Positions 1 to 14,200 are shown, counted from the whole stretch's first letter. The stretch is DNA of 63,271 nt, filler included, from Hyphochytrium catenoides (GCA_900088475.1; 6 parts of 6 records of this genome joined end to end with filler, not necessarily neighbours in it); one strand, 5' to 3'. Notes: generated by a model from the letters alone, not told the origin. Translations and numbers: made by a program.

Positions 1-2062
1 AAGCCCGACCCGGGACGTAGACGTCTCTCCCTTGAGATGCAACAGCGTTAAGTCTCTACCTCTACACTTAGGTCACCCCCACCCTAGTCTGTAGGTCCCC
101 CCGCCATATATACTGAAGGTACGGGATCAGGTACTTTTTTAAAATTCGGGTAATTGACGCAATTTTATGGGGTCTGGGTCAATCTCCCAACTTTGACAAG
201 AGAAGAAACTTTAGGCTCATATTTTCGTTCATTAGGTGTATGACGCTATTATCGGCTAGTTGAGTAGCTGTGTATTAGGTTGGTGGTCGTTGCTCATGAA
301 CAGTTGCTTTCCTAATAATCTCATGAACCTCCCTCGTTCCTGCGAGCACTGTGAATGAATGAGGATGCCCAGCCGACAACCTTCTTCCTCTCACTCCCCT
401 CACCTCCTCCCTCCGCTCATCTCAATCGGATGAATGATGAGCAGGAGAAGATGCTCGACGAGAGCGGGAAGATGGGGAGACAGGAGGAAAAAAGGGGCCT
501 TAACGGCCTGGATGATGGCGATGGTAGAGAGCTCAGTACTAGACCCAACAACATCTATGTGTATCGAGAAGCACAGTCCTGTCCGCTCGCAAGCGTGCCA
601 AATATAGCAAAGCGCCTCCGTATAGTTCTACTGGGAGATCATGACGTTCTAGACCCCCTCAGTTGGCGGTTCTGAGGCGCGGTACTTCTTTCTTCGCTTC
701 CTCGTCGGGCAAAACCAGCTGTTGTCTAATGTTGGCTCCATACGGTCATCATCTACGCGGGACCGACAAACACACAGAGGAAACGATGCCTTCCATGGAC
801 CCGGGACCAAGTGTTATCTTCCATGCATAACTTCGGCATAGAGACCAATGGGCTCAACAAGGTAGAAATGGCCCGATCATCGCGGTTAATCAACGATGGC
901 CAAGTCTATTAGGGCGGCGTTATTATGGCGGGCTGTGCGCTGGCAGGAGTTTGTTCTGCATGGCACGACCAGGAGGACTTCCCCGCACTTACTGTCCTCC
1001 TCCCTCCATGATATATTGTGGTTTGTCATGGGTTGAGTCTGCTATTATTAGCTAATCTTCTAGCTTACTCCGGCGGCGGAGGGTGGGTCGACCTAGGACC
1101 TTCTTTAGTAGTGCATAACGCTTCAAACTCAGGTGTGAAGGAGAAGATGCCGCCTCATTTTGTTCGGGAATGAGTAGCTGCACTAAGAGGAGGTTAGCCT
1201 ACACGCTGTTCACTTTTCAAAAACATCTTCCCTTTATAATCTCTAATCCATCTATGGTTTCTGAGAAAATGGAAAGTGTGACGCCTCCTCTCTCTCCTCT
1301 CCTCAGAAGAAGATCCTAATAGTTGAAGAGAAGCCAAGGCAGATGTCCTCTTCTGACCATGAACACGGCCATAGTTACTGTGGGCGGAGCGCATGTAGTA
1401 CACAATCGGGAGGAGGTTTTCCTCTAAATTGTCGCGAGTTAGGCAGTAGCAAGATAAGCGCTGCCGCCGACTACTTACGGAGCCAACTGACCATCATAGT
1501 ACTGAAGATTGTGCGCGATGCCGGAGGTGAGATAAAGAAGTTCTATGGTTCGGTGTTCCTTGGCGCTTCAGAAGCTCATCTGCTGCACTAACCACAGTTT
1601 TCATCATCTACGGCGCCGAATGTATGACATTCAGGACAAGCAGCAATAAGGATTACTTCGTATAGAATAACTAGCGTATGATCAGGAATATGGCTAATGC
1701 GAAAGGTCATCTTACCGTACTGTAGAAGTTCGGCTCCCTGAGCAGGTGACAGGAGGATGCTGCTGCGGCCGCTACTAATAATTATATGGGTGCTCAAGGC
1801 TCCATGTTTGCTCCTGCCAGTGGTTGGGCAAGTGACCTGTAGAGCGTCAGACCTAGGGCTTCATGATCCGTAACCAGGTCAAAAGCTTCAAGCCCTGGGG
1901 CCATGGCTCTGAACTTAGATAAATGGGGCGGAGAGACTTTCACTACCAGAGTTCCTTTAGCTGGTGACCGAAAGAACTATAAGCTGACAGTCGGAACTTG
2001 GGCTACCGCTTAGCTCGCCCCACGGCAATATTAGAAGGCCTGATATCCTCATTCTTAGCGGG

Positions 2063-3320
2063 ATGAGTGCCCTACTGTCAGCGAACCAGCGGCTAGCACT
2101 AGAGAAGACGTCTGAGAACAATTCAACCTTCAAAAAGCTAAAACTCGTCCGAGAACGTAAGTTAAGCGGATAGTTCTCACTTGTGGTGGCCCCCTTTGAC
2201 CACTTATCTGCAGACGCAGACGCCTCATTCGTCGCCCTACTTGCCGAAGGCTTAGCAACAAACTGCTACCTTGAGCACATTGACCTGAGCCTGAACAAAC
2301 TGGAGGATGACGGAGCTATCGCTTTGGCGAGAGCACTAGAGGTTGCAGGCTGCAAGCTTCCATTGGAAGCCCTCATCCTCTGCCTCAACGGAATCAGAGT
2401 TCAAGGTGAGAAGGGATACAAAGAATCTTCGGTCCCTCTTCCTTATCCTTCGTGCTTCTAGGCATGCGGTCTCTGGCCACACCTCTCTGTAAATTCCTAG
2501 GCATGAAGAAAATTATTCTGGATGGCAATACCATCGGAGATGAAGGGCTCATGGCTCTGCTAAGTGGGGCCAATAATGGCGCTTTGTCTAATGATAGAAG
2601 CTTTCCCCTTTTGTCCACTCTGTCTTTGGCGAACTGCGCCATTACTGAGGTCGGAGGACGTATCATCGTAAGGCACTTTATGGAAACTTCCAGTCTCGAA
2701 TCTCTTAATCTGGCGGGCAATAGGCTAAGAGATGGTGGTGCTGGTCTGATGGCGTTCCTTCTCCTCCATTGTGAGAATCTGAAAAAGCTGGACCTTTCAG
2801 ATAATCGAATAACTGACGATGGGTGCGGTCACCTCGCCGCCGCCTTGAGCCAAAATCCACCGTTGCAGGTTTGACAAAATGTCATAGCTCTCAAGAACTA
2901 TCCTTACCCTAACCCTATCCGTCTGCTTTAGATTCTTAGACTCGCCAGAAACGAAATCACAGATGCAAGTTGTCCGATACTGAGGCATGCAATTTTGTGG
3001 GGCAACCGGTCTCTTCAAAAGCTGTACATAGAACATAACTCCATTAGCAAAGGAGGAGTTACGAAGCTGGTGTCCCTTGTGGGCTCGAAGAAGAACATAC
3101 CCCTAAACTACGTCAAAGCGACCATCTCAAAGACACGCAAGGTCTTCGCAATGGTGGAGCGTGACGTCAAGACCCCATATGAGGTTGGGCTGTACATCAA
3201 ACAGGGCACTGAGAGATTGTCCACCTTTTTAAATGAGCGGTGAACGACCTTCCCACCCTAATGCACTATGGTACATAGAGCACCGCCAAAGCTCTCAAAC
3301 CGACCTCTCACGTGGCCTGA
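2063..3320 (+). CDS. Ribonuclease-inhibitor/NLRC3-type leucine-rich repeat protein (spliced)
   Basis: ATG 2063 (MSALLSANQRL...) splices (GT 2157 / AG 2213) in frame into ORFs with ~28-aa LRRs: LEHIDLSLNKLEDDGAIALARAL, LESLNLAGNRLRDGGAGLMA, LKKLDLSDNRITDDGCGHLAAAL, LQKLYIEHNSISKGG. The 3' end is either TGA 3243 or a last exon 3279-3320 (branch-like CTAAT upstream). Confidence 0.8.
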
Positions 3321-3329
3321 GCCTCTGAG

Positions 3330-6300
3330 CTACGGCTTCACGATGCTTGATCGAGGAGCAGAGTTTCTTGATATGAGCCATTGTAACGCCTCCAGCCATT
3401 GATTGCGCAGGCTCTCAGTTTCGGCCTCCAGATCAAGCTTTCTATCAACAGCGATCACAGTGAGGGCCAAGTGCTGGTCCGCCCCTACGCGCCATGAAGT
3501 GATGGAGTAAGGAAACAGCTTAGCAAGTGTTGGTCTTTTCAAAGAATTAGAATTCTAACCAACAACCCTACCAGAACTCCTTCTGCTGCCTGCATGCACC
3601 TTCAACAGGTCACGGACGAGCAGCCCTTCTTTGGCTTTCTTGTCTTTCTGCAAAGGCCGCCATTGGATGCGATCGTAGGTAGGAGGGCACCATACGAATC
3701 GTCTGCGAGGAGGACCCCAGGTGCCATATTTAGTGAAGACTTCCCCTGTAGATCAAGGAGTTTAAAGAGTTGAGGATTAGCACATTTGACCGCCTAAAGA
3801 GTTAGTATCAGGCATTCTAAACGCCAATCAAAAGCTATAATGACCTTCAGCTAGGAGTCTCCGATAAAATTCTTCTCCTTGTCCTTCCGCAGGTCGCCCC
3901 AAATTGCTGAAAGAGGCCAGCGGCTTGTCGGAAGGGAGGGGAGCTAGGGAGGGGTCATCCAGACTGTCACCCCCGACGGACATCGCCATGGAATCAGTCC
4001 CGAAATGGTTCCCAGAGGCAACAGTCGCTGCCCCATCCTTGTCTTTGAAGGGAGTGCGAAGTACGCCTAACTGCTCACCGGGAGGAAGACTCCGCGCAGA
4101 CTGCTCCTCCTCTTCTTTTGGGGTTGATGAGAAGAGGTCCATCAGGCGGTTGATACCTTTGCTTGGCGATCCCTGGGGGCATAGGTGGGAGGGGTGTAAT
4201 AGTTTTCACCAAAAGACGTGTGCATGAAATTTAAAGGTAAGCATTGGGACGATACTTACCTTCTGTTCTACTTCCGTAACGTCTGTCGAAAAAGAGACGG
4301 TAGAGGGCACGCTCTCACTGGAAGACACAGGGCAAGATTCGAGTTGCATCGAGCATGGCATATCTGAAGGGCCTTCAATTTGAACGCAGTTCTCTTCATT
4401 TTTATTAGAGGAATTCGACGGGCCATATGACAAGGTTAGAGTGAGTTGATGGTGGCAGGATGGCAGATGATGACCTACCAGCCATTGGACTAAAAATCTT
4501 CTTGATTAAATTGTTCTCCGTTGAATCTCCGCGCTGTACATCCTCTGGCGGTATAAACGGAACTTCAACCTGCTCTAGGTTGGTCTGTTCAATCTGGGAT
4601 AGCGCTGCAAATTGTTCTGAGTGAGGACTAGTTCCATCAAAGCACTCCTTCTCCTGTACCAAATAGGCGCTCTGTGGTTAATAGAGACTCGAAATAGAGA
4701 CAGCGAACAAGTGGTCATAGGTGGATAGTCTACCTCTGCCGCACTCTGAAGAGTATTCAGATCAGGGGAAGAACTGCGCCACTTAGTCTCAGTTGCGGGC
4801 CTCGTGGCCTCCCGTTCTCTATCTGTAGTGATCAACAACTCAGACTTTGAACATACTGTGCAGACGATGACCATGGTTACTGACTGGTATTGTCCAAGAA
4901 GTCCTTGATTTGCTTCATGCGGGTCGTCGCCACAGGCTGGCCTAATGAAAGAGGGCAATAAGTCTGAGATGGTAAGCATGTACTTTTTAACGTGCATAGA
5001 GAAATATCGAAGGAAAGAACTCTAGTATACAATCATAGCAAAGAAACTCCATCTAGTAGTAGGACACTCTACTTCCCTGACCTCGACACTCCGGCCTGAG
5101 GTCATTATTCCGAACGATAAGATAATCTGGGGATCCTTCTTGGACCCACATCACCATATACTTAGCATTGAAGTTCTGCACGGCGGTCATCAGGGAAGAT
5201 TGGGCTAGTGAAGAACGAGGTCGTCGTTGAAAGATCTGTAGAAGCTCCTCAGTTAGAGGCAGACGGAGCACGTGGTGCACGAATGGACCCTCACCTCCAA
5301 GATTTTGGCTTTCTTGAGTCCCATGTGCAACGTCTGCAGTACCCCCTTCAAATACCATCCAACATCTTCCTCTTCTACCTCATCTCTGCTAACAAGACCT
5401 AATACCAATGGTTAGCGGCCACGCTACTTTTTTATGGTTGTTGCTCCCGGTTAAATCACCTAGTCGTGCTATTGCACTTATAAATCGGCAGAAGCACAGC
5501 GAGCTTCGATACTTTTGAGCCGATCCTTGGAGCCGTGCTTCACCTGCCACTAGCTGATGTGCCTTACAGGAGACGTGACCTTCCAGAGCAGGAGTTAAGC
5601 AAGCTCCCACAAAGGCCTGCCGTTGCCATGTGATGATAACGTCGAGGGGTTTAGGATCAGGCGGGGTGCTGGACCGCGTACCAACACTACTGACCTCGCA
5701 AACTTCCTTCGTGCTGAGCCCCATGGCGCTTAGTTCAAAGTCAGTAAAGAACTTGAGGAAGGAAGAGAAGTCCAACCACTGCACCGTGTCGCGTCTGATA
5801 GGGGCCTCTTCCAGTGCAGAGTAGAAGTGGAAGATCTAAGCGGAATTGAATATTAGCCCTGCGTCATCTCTAAAAAGTCTCTAAAAGAAAAAGCGCAGTA
5901 ATAGAAAAACTCTGCACGGAGTAGGCAATCTAACCACTGCTAAAGGTGAGACGAGAGTCTGCAGGAGCTTCAAAATGGAAAAACTCACCCCTTTCAACGG
6001 CTCTTCGAAGGCCTTCACGATGGCGATCACCGTTGGCGCCTTTATATGGTCACTCTGCATTCTCAACCTTTCGCTCGGCCAACGACTGGCGTACGGCAAA
6101 ACGTACCTCTGGAGAAAGAGGCAAAACGGCTCGGCAACTGCCGGTCCGCTCGGAGTAGCTGGACAGGATTGTATCCTAGACAAGTTTAGCATCGCAAGCT
6201 TAGAGAGGAAAAAAAAGTCGTCAACTTGACTTATGACAAGTACCTTTCGGATATTGTCATGAGGCTGCTTAGGAATCCCTGATAGGTTAACCTCTTCCTT

Positions 6301-7816
6301 GAGCTTGAGTGTAAGGTAGGGTTAAGGTTACGACAGGGTCAAGCGAGATGAGAGATCGATGGCAGGCCTATCGCTGCAGCAGAGTCCTGAGCCCACAAAC
6401 TGGATAGATCAAGTCATCTCATAAACAAGGAAATGATAACGTAGAGAAACAGAGGAGCTGACAGGGCAAGGGCTCGATGCGATCCTAGTCATCACTGCTT
6501 TTCGTGCAAAGGATATTTGTCGAAGAATTAGCCTCCGCGGCATAAATGATGTCAACGATAGCAGGCGTGAGGTCTCGATAGCCTAGCAGCCCACAGTCCT
6601 TCAGTAAATGTAAGAACTGTTTGGACGTGAGCGACTCCAAATTCAGCGAGTCTCCTTGGGCACAATAGAATAGGAAGATATTCCAAAGTTCACCTGCATA
6701 CCACACAGTGAGGTGGATCCCAGTAAACATGCGTGCATGACTCCGGTTTGAGCCGGTACAGTAAGGACAGATAGGCAGAAGAGTGGCAAACCTTCACAAT
6801 CAGAGGCTCCAGGTATTGGCAATGCCTGCAACTGTAGCACTGTCTGATAGGAGGATCGTCGACGAAATCCCCCTCGTGGTGAGGGTGAAGCACCCAGTCT
6901 GTTGGGACTTCCATGGTAACGCTGTTTACGTGGACTGGAAGGACCTACTGCGATCTCTTGTTGGCCTGTGAGACTTGCCATTATCAAGAGCAATAGCTGC
7001 GTTGGATATACTTGCAGACATACCTCTTACCGAACCATCTAGGGACGGCTTGAACCTAGGTGTCTCGAATTAGCGTCGTCCAAGTGATTAATTCTGGGAC
7101 AAAACTCTAAACTCGATACCTCATGCGTATGACCATGGTCTGCACAGCATCTTGTACGCTCTCAATGGTGGCTTTGTCAGGCCAGACCCATCCCTCACCA
7201 TCTGAAAATCTAGAAGGTCGGCCACAAGTCTGACGGAAGGAACAAGGCAGTATATATTCCAGACCTTCCAGCACAACCTCAGCGGGTTCCACCTTCCAGA
7301 AGCCCGCAGCTTCAACACGCAGTTGTTGGAAGGTATGTCCACTCAGGAGCCTGGACCTGAACTCCTCACCATTGGGATGCTTTACAGTGACCTTATCTTT
7401 ATGCAAAAGGCAATCACATGTTGTCCTCCATTACGTACGAAGTGGGCTGTTAACTTACCGATGACTGATTTCGTGGCTCGTGGCTCGCGGATCGTAATGA
7501 CTGGACAATACTTTTGGGACTTCTCTTCTATCTCCTGCTTGTGACTAATGGGAACTCCATCAGGCATTAAGAAGTGAAAGCATCGTGGACTTTCCTCCAC
7601 AGCATCGCGAATCAGATGCCGTGCCTCTGCGAGCGTTGTCTCCTCGTTAACCTTTATGAACCCCAGGTAGCCAGCGCCCTCCACTGCTACCCGCAGCAGT
7701 TCATTCGTGGACGTAACCTGCTCTGGCGCTGCTCCTAGCTTGCAACGGCTAGGCTCTGCAAGTGCAACTGGAGAAACGCTTTCCCTGCTCGTTTCAGCAT
7801 GCTCTTCTTCCGTCAT
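3330..7816 (-). CDS. Large multi-exon protein: N-terminal ubiquitin-like-looking segments, EF-hand/p25alpha-like helical region, disordered linker, C-terminal PH domain
   Basis: Chain of minus-strand exons with GT-AG ends. The C-terminus FTKYGTWGPPRRRFVWC...LALTVIAVDRKLDLEAETESLRNQWLEALQWL is PH-like. ELWNIFLFYCAQGDSLNLESLTSKQFLHLLKDCGLL is EF-hand/p25alpha-like. Continuity as a single gene was only partly traced. Confidence 0.55.
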
Positions 7817-8737
7817 CGTGGCCCCTCACAATATTGTTTTGTCCTCGTGTTTCAAGGGCTCAAAGGGAAACTGGCCATAACTTATGACGCAATCCACTCT
7901 ACCAAGAGCTGCTCAGTTGTCCCATACAGCTATCTCACACGCTAAACTACTTGCAGTTGGCTATGCCTTATGCTCATTTGTCATTTGCGATCTTTGCAAC
8001 CGCCGATCAATAGGGAGAAGTAAAGGACTAAGAAAGACGCTTTCCTAATCAGAGGATCATTCGAGGAGAGGAACCCTAGAGGTTAAAGATGCGGAAAGGG
8101 AGGAGACAGACACGATGGCAGGACGAGGGAGAGGGAAAGGAGATGTACCTCCCATCATTGCCTCAGTTCCGACCAGGCTCACGATGTCCTGTCTCCAGCG
8201 AGCAGAAAGTTGGCTGCCTAGACCCAGCATCAGAACGCGCCTCATGGACTTGGCCCTGGACCCACTCGGAGGCCGAACTGAATCTGTCTATCCTGACCCT
8301 TGAAACGGACAACTCGGTGATTATCAGCATCTGTCGAGAGTTGATAACTATATTGAAGCTACTGTGCTGTGAGATGCGCTTGAGATCCAGATGTCCTCTT
8401 CCTATTCCACATCATCGGCTAGCAACTGAGTTATTCTGATGGCATCTTCCTCTCTCCTCTCTGTCTGTCTCAATACTCGATCTAGCTCTCTCTTTTCTGT
8501 CTCGTTTTCTACTGTCGCGTTCCCCTCATATCCCTTCTCTCTCTTCCACTCTCTTTCTCTGTCACCCTGGTCTCTGTCAGCCGGGCCACCGCATCAGTTT
8601 CCTTGGAGCTTCTAAAAGGTTCTCCTACGAGTTGCGCATCGAGGGTATCCATCGCCTTCCTCATTCAGTTTTCCTTCTCTTCCACCAAGCGTTAGTTGGT
8701 CCTCCAACGTACGTGTCGGACTATCACACTGCTGATC

Positions 8738-10985
8738 ATGGCGTCTGTTCAACCTGCGAAGGGTGAGTTTGAGGAGCCAAGGGCGAGGAAAACTTTGGTG
8801 TGGTGGGAGAGTACGAAGTAGAGCCGGGTTTGAAGAGGTTACGCTGTGCCTTTCCTCCTAACCTTCGTTCATTTTCGCTCCCGCTCTGTCTCGTTCAGCC
8901 TTTCTGGAGTTCTCCAACTATGCAAGATCGAGGTACCATGCCGCCGAGTTTGTCGCTAAGACTCTCTCTGGTATTGGCTACGAGCGCCTGTACGAGCATG
9001 ATGACTGGTCCAAGAAGCTCAAGCAAGGTGGCAAGTACTACGTGGTCCGAAACCAGTCCAGTATTGTGAGTGCTATTGCCTTGTAAAGTCGGGTGGTGCT
9101 GCGGTGGTTATTGATCCCTTCTATTCTTCTTGGCAGATTGGTTTTGCCCTAGGTGGCAAGTGGCAGAAGGGCAATGGCTTCAACATTATCGGTGCGCACA
9201 CAGACAGTCCTTGCCTAAAGGTGAAACCGGTATCAAAGCTTACTAAGGCAGGCTTCCTTCAGCTCGGTTTAGAGACTTACGGGTACGCTCCTTACTTAGC
9301 TAGTGCTTGGGAATCTCTGGCCAATTAGCTGGTGTTTACCGAATCTTTTGCTTAGAGGTGGCATCTGGCACACATGGTTCGACCGCGACCTAACGGTAGC
9401 TGGCCGGGTGCTGGTCAAGGAGAGTGGCAAGTATAAGTCACGCCTGGTCCACATCGGTCGCCCCGTCTGCCGTATTCCGAGCGTTGCTATCCACTTGAAC
9501 CGTGAGGTGAATGAGAAGGGCCTACAAATCAACAAGGAGACGCATCTTCGGGCCATCCTGGCCACGGGTAAGCTCTTGAGCAGGACAATTTGACTGTGTC
9601 TACTCCACTCCATAGTCACGCTAGAATCTTCGACTTTTCTTGCCCTCTGTGACATTTGGCTAACTAGACTACCTCATAGTCGCCAAGGCGCAGTTGGAGG
9701 GGAACACCGAGAAGGCTGAGACGAACCACCATCCCGTCCTTTTGGAGGCCATAGCAGAAGAGATTGGCTGCAAGGCTGATGATATCACAAGCTTTGACCT
9801 CTGTCTCGTGGATCACACGGTAAGCAAAAAAGAAGTGACATAGCTAGCACATTTTGGTGTGCCTTCATACAGAGAGTTAATCCAAACCTCTACGGAAGAA
9901 ACCAAAGGACGGTAGTGTGGTGGATGTTACCCTGCTAACAAGAGAGAGAATAAAGTGAGAAGGAAGGCATTAGAGAGACAAGCTGACTGGGGTGAAAGCG
10001 ATCTCTGTAACGACCTACCCTGTATAAATTCCGCTCTCGTAGCCCTCCCTGCTTGGTGGTATCAAGAATGAGTTCATCTTTGCTCCGCACCTTGATAACC
10101 TGTGCATGAGCTGGTGCTCTATGGAGGCTTTGAAAAGGGCGTCGGATAGTGGTAAGCCACAGAGGCTGAATAGTCAATCTTGGTGATATCAATGTATTGG
10201 CTTACACGTTTCTTATATGTGGCCGTCTATTTCAGCGTCTCTGGCGGATGAGCCCGGAGTGCGATGCATCGCTCTATTCGATCACGAAGAAGTGGGCTCA
10301 ACCTCTATGATGGGTGCAGACAGCAATTTCCTACGTGAGGTTCTGGTACGGGTCAACGGATCTGACCTTGTCGGCGTTTCCGTTAGTAAGAGTCTACTGG
10401 TAAGGTTCTTGGGAGATTTTGCTTGCCACATCAACCTCCTTCCTGCGCTTTCTAAAATTGATGTCGCTAACCGTTGTGGATTGTATTAGGTTTCTGCTGA
10501 CATGGCACATGCCCTGCACCCTAACTACCCTGAGAAGCATGAGGTATGAGAGTTTCTAACGCTGACCCGAAATCTTGTTCGTCGTGAGTCACTCAAGGCT
10601 ATCCGCACCATGTCACCCTTCTGCCTTGTAGGAGAACCACCAGCCTGCATGTGGCAAGGGCATCGTCATCAAGTGGAACACGAACCAGCGCTATGCCACC
10701 ACTCAAGAATCCTCTTTAGCGATCACCGAGCTTGCCAAGGCGCATAACATTCCTTATCAGCAGTTTTGTGTCAGGCAGGACATGGGGTGCGGCTCCACAA
10801 TCGGACCCATGCTGTCTGCCAACCTTGGCATGAAGACAGTAGACGTCGGAGCTCCTCAGCTGGCCATGCACAGCATGAGGGAGATGATGGCAGCGGATGA
10901 TATTGGCCACTCTGTCGATATTCTGGAGGTCTTCTTGAAGGAGTACTCAGCTCTCAACCTCAACATTGATGTAGAGTCTTTCTAA
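8738..10985 (+). CDS. DNPEP: Aspartyl aminopeptidase (peptidase M18), spliced
   Basis: MASVQPAK|AFLEF start; motifs [63 protein letters not shown]; stop TAA 10983-10985. Confidence 0.95.
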
Positions 10986-11226
10986 GGGCACCCCTAAATT
11001 TCACTCTCTCCACCTTCATTGCACAATCTCAACGGCGCTATTACTGCCCCATGCTAGTGGTGGGGATGTCGGTCGCCACTCCCCGAAGTAAACTAATCTT
11101 TGTCATGCGCACAGCTTTACTAGAGCCAAAGAGAGGCGAAGGCACTGGAACAGGCCCCTGGTCGAATAAATTAAACTTCATTGGACTCAATCTGATGAGT
11201 CGGAAGGAACGTGTTCTTTGGCAGCA

Positions 11227-14200
11227 TCAGTAAAACTGAAGAATCTTGACAGGAGGTAGTATAGAGGAGTCCCAGCGGAGGAAAAACGTTTCCCACAGCC
11301 TGAGATTCTTAGAGCTTGCGCTGGGATAGACCGTCTCTGAGGTCTCTTGGTACAGAGCGTTGATAAATCCTTTCTTATGCTCCTCCACATAGCACCAGAT
11401 GGACAACGTTCTTTTAGGGACTTCATTCTGCATCCTGGTGAAGCGGTGGAGAACGGGAAGAGGAAGCATCGATAAAGCTTGCCATGAGAAGAGTACCAGG
11501 TCACGATGCACGAGCCAATGAGTCAATGAAGTACCGCAGAAAATAGCATTGGTGATCTTCTGCGGTGATAGCCCTCATAGAACTACTCCATACCTCTCAA
11601 AGTTGGAGTCAAACAAGAAGTTTCCAAATCTGCAAGCGAAGCAAAGATCCGCGAGGCAGACCAACAGACGCTCATTAAACTCAAACATTTGGGGATACTG
11701 CCTCATAATCTGCCAAACTACATCAATCCAAAGAGGAAAGACGGGACTTTGCTGGTCATTGGGCTCCCTCCCATGACCGCAGCGCTTCGCAAACTTGGAG
11801 GAAGGCAACGAGGACAGTGTGAGTCAACTCATGGAGGAGACACGAAGAGCTTCATTTTAAGATCGCAGGAATGCATCCATTTTCTTTTCTCAGGTCGTTA
11901 GGGGCCAAGGGAAGAAGAGGGATAGGGCAAGCAAGGCAATCAAGGGACTGTATAGCTATGCAATGGTGTTCTACAGCCACTTGAAAGGAGAGGAGGAGGA
12001 TTGCTGTGTTCTTACCATGTGTCCAAAGCCACACCACTCCTTTTCAATGAGACACTAGCACCGAAGGATGTTAGCTGGAGTATTGGAAGGCGCTTCTTCG
12101 AACACCTCTTTTGCGAACTTCCACTAGCCTCTATTCAAACAAATGGACCTCACCTGGAAGCCTTCAAATGTTCGATAGAAGGGATCAAGAAGTAGTTCCG
12201 CCGTAGCCACAATCTGAGTAGTTCGGTCCCATCCGTCACTACAGTGAACCAGACAAGAAGCGCCTTCTTGGTCCACTAGGCGGACGATCTGAATCGCTGC
12301 GGATAGAATCTAGCAGTGCGGATAAGCTTGTGTCGATGTCACGTTTTGGACATAGTGAAGAAGGACAGAATGCCTGAGGTTGTGAAGCGAGAAGGAAATA
12401 GTCTGGAAGGGGAAGGAGAATGTTCGATGTGATCCACGCACCAAACTGGCAGGAAAGAAAGACGACATTCACTCAAGACGATAGGGAAGGCCCTCGCCAA
12501 TGGAAGAGCTCACTGGAGCCAATGGGACGTACCTTTTGCACATGCCGCAGCCACCCGGTCGCATCCACCTTTGTCATGAAGTCCCCATTATCGCTCGTGG
12601 GGTCAGCCAACAGGCAAAGCTGACGGAAGCTCTCACGTAAGGCATGAATGTTACCTTCAGACGTATGAGGTTATTACGAAGTCACACTTCTTTGACCCGT
12701 GCCACTGCTCTATTCTCCCTTAAAAGTTCAGAGCTTACCGATATTCATATACAGCTTTTCTCCGCCTGGGTAGAACTCCATCCGCTCTGAACCCTTGCCT
12801 AACGGTGGCCGAGGTTAGCCCAGATAGCTTCGAAAAGAAATTAGGCCAGCTTACCAAGAGCTCTGTTGCCCATTCCAGCGGTACGGCTTCGGGCATCAAT
12901 TATGTAAAACTTCTTCGATTTGACTCCTGCATTGAGAGTCACCACGACAGAAGCGACAATATTCAAAGGGTTAGATGCAAGGACGTCAATCCTCTTGCGT
13001 GCCACCACTATCTTAGGAAGTCACCTGAGGTAGAAGAGAGAAGAAGAATAAGTCGCTCATCTTCCTTGCACCGATTTTTGCGCATTCCAGTTAGAGGTTG
13101 GCTGCTCCGAGAGATCGTGGCCTGTTATGGTCCAACAGACATCGCAGGCAAATGTATCAAAAGCGCTATAAGCCCCTAAGTTTCCTTTTACGTTGGAATG
13201 GATATGAAGCTAGAGGGGAAAGGGGATATATACGAGGGATAGACAAAGGAATTTACCTTGGTCCTGGAATGTTTCCACACAGTGGCTGGTATCCGGCTCT
13301 TGCTTCTAAAGGCACTGACATATTCTAGCTCGCCATCGCTTATTTGACTCGGGATGACGACAAAGGCTGGGTAGCTCTTGCAGACAGAATAGCGCTGATT
13401 GACGAACCTACAGCACAAGACCGGGATACAAAAGGGGAGAAAAGGGGAGGGTCAAGAGGTAAACGAAAGGAATGCTATGGTTCGCTATCTCTAGCCTAGC
13501 CACTTGTGGGTTGGAACAAAATTTTACCGTTTAAAGGAGTCGAACACATTCCTGCTCAGCTGCTCATGCAGATTAAACCGACATAGCCCCAGAAACTCTC
13601 TAAAAATAAATTAACGCTTACCTCCATTCGTCAGAGACAAGCCCCAGTCTTCCATAATCTTTGACCGGATCGTATACCGTCCACCATTGTTTTTGGTCAT
13701 TACCACTGCCTCGCCATCCTGAAAAAGCGAATGCCACAACAGCAAGCGTCAGGCAAGCAAAGGACTAGCGGGCAATGGAAGGGTCTAACAAAGAGATTGC
13801 CAAGCTTCCAGTACACCACAGATAGACGTAGATGCTGCGCACCACGGTGCCCGCAGTTTCAGAACTGGGCACGGAAGTCTTATGGGTATAAAAAAACACT
13901 GCTATCAACGGTTATATCATCACCTGTTGTTCTATTTAATGCGTGCGCATAGTGACTGAAAGCAAAGGCCTGACGAAAGTCGCCCGAGAAGACTAAGCTG
14001 GAGATCATTAGCAGGAACTGCTGCAGCTCTGCCGTGTTTCTGACAAGAAACCTTTGAACCTAGGAAGAAAAAGTCAAAATAATGTTGTCGAACCCAAAGA
14101 CATTCCCCCATCAAAATGGGAAGATGAAAAGCCTTACCATTACAACTTTGGTATAAAGTGTGAAACGGATGTCGTCCTGCTGTCGGGGTTCAGCCGATAG

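Noticed and set aside
2900-2918. Telomere-like CCCTAACCCTA (similar snippets near 6315 and 19740)
   Set aside because: Only about two units inside introns, which is expected by chance.
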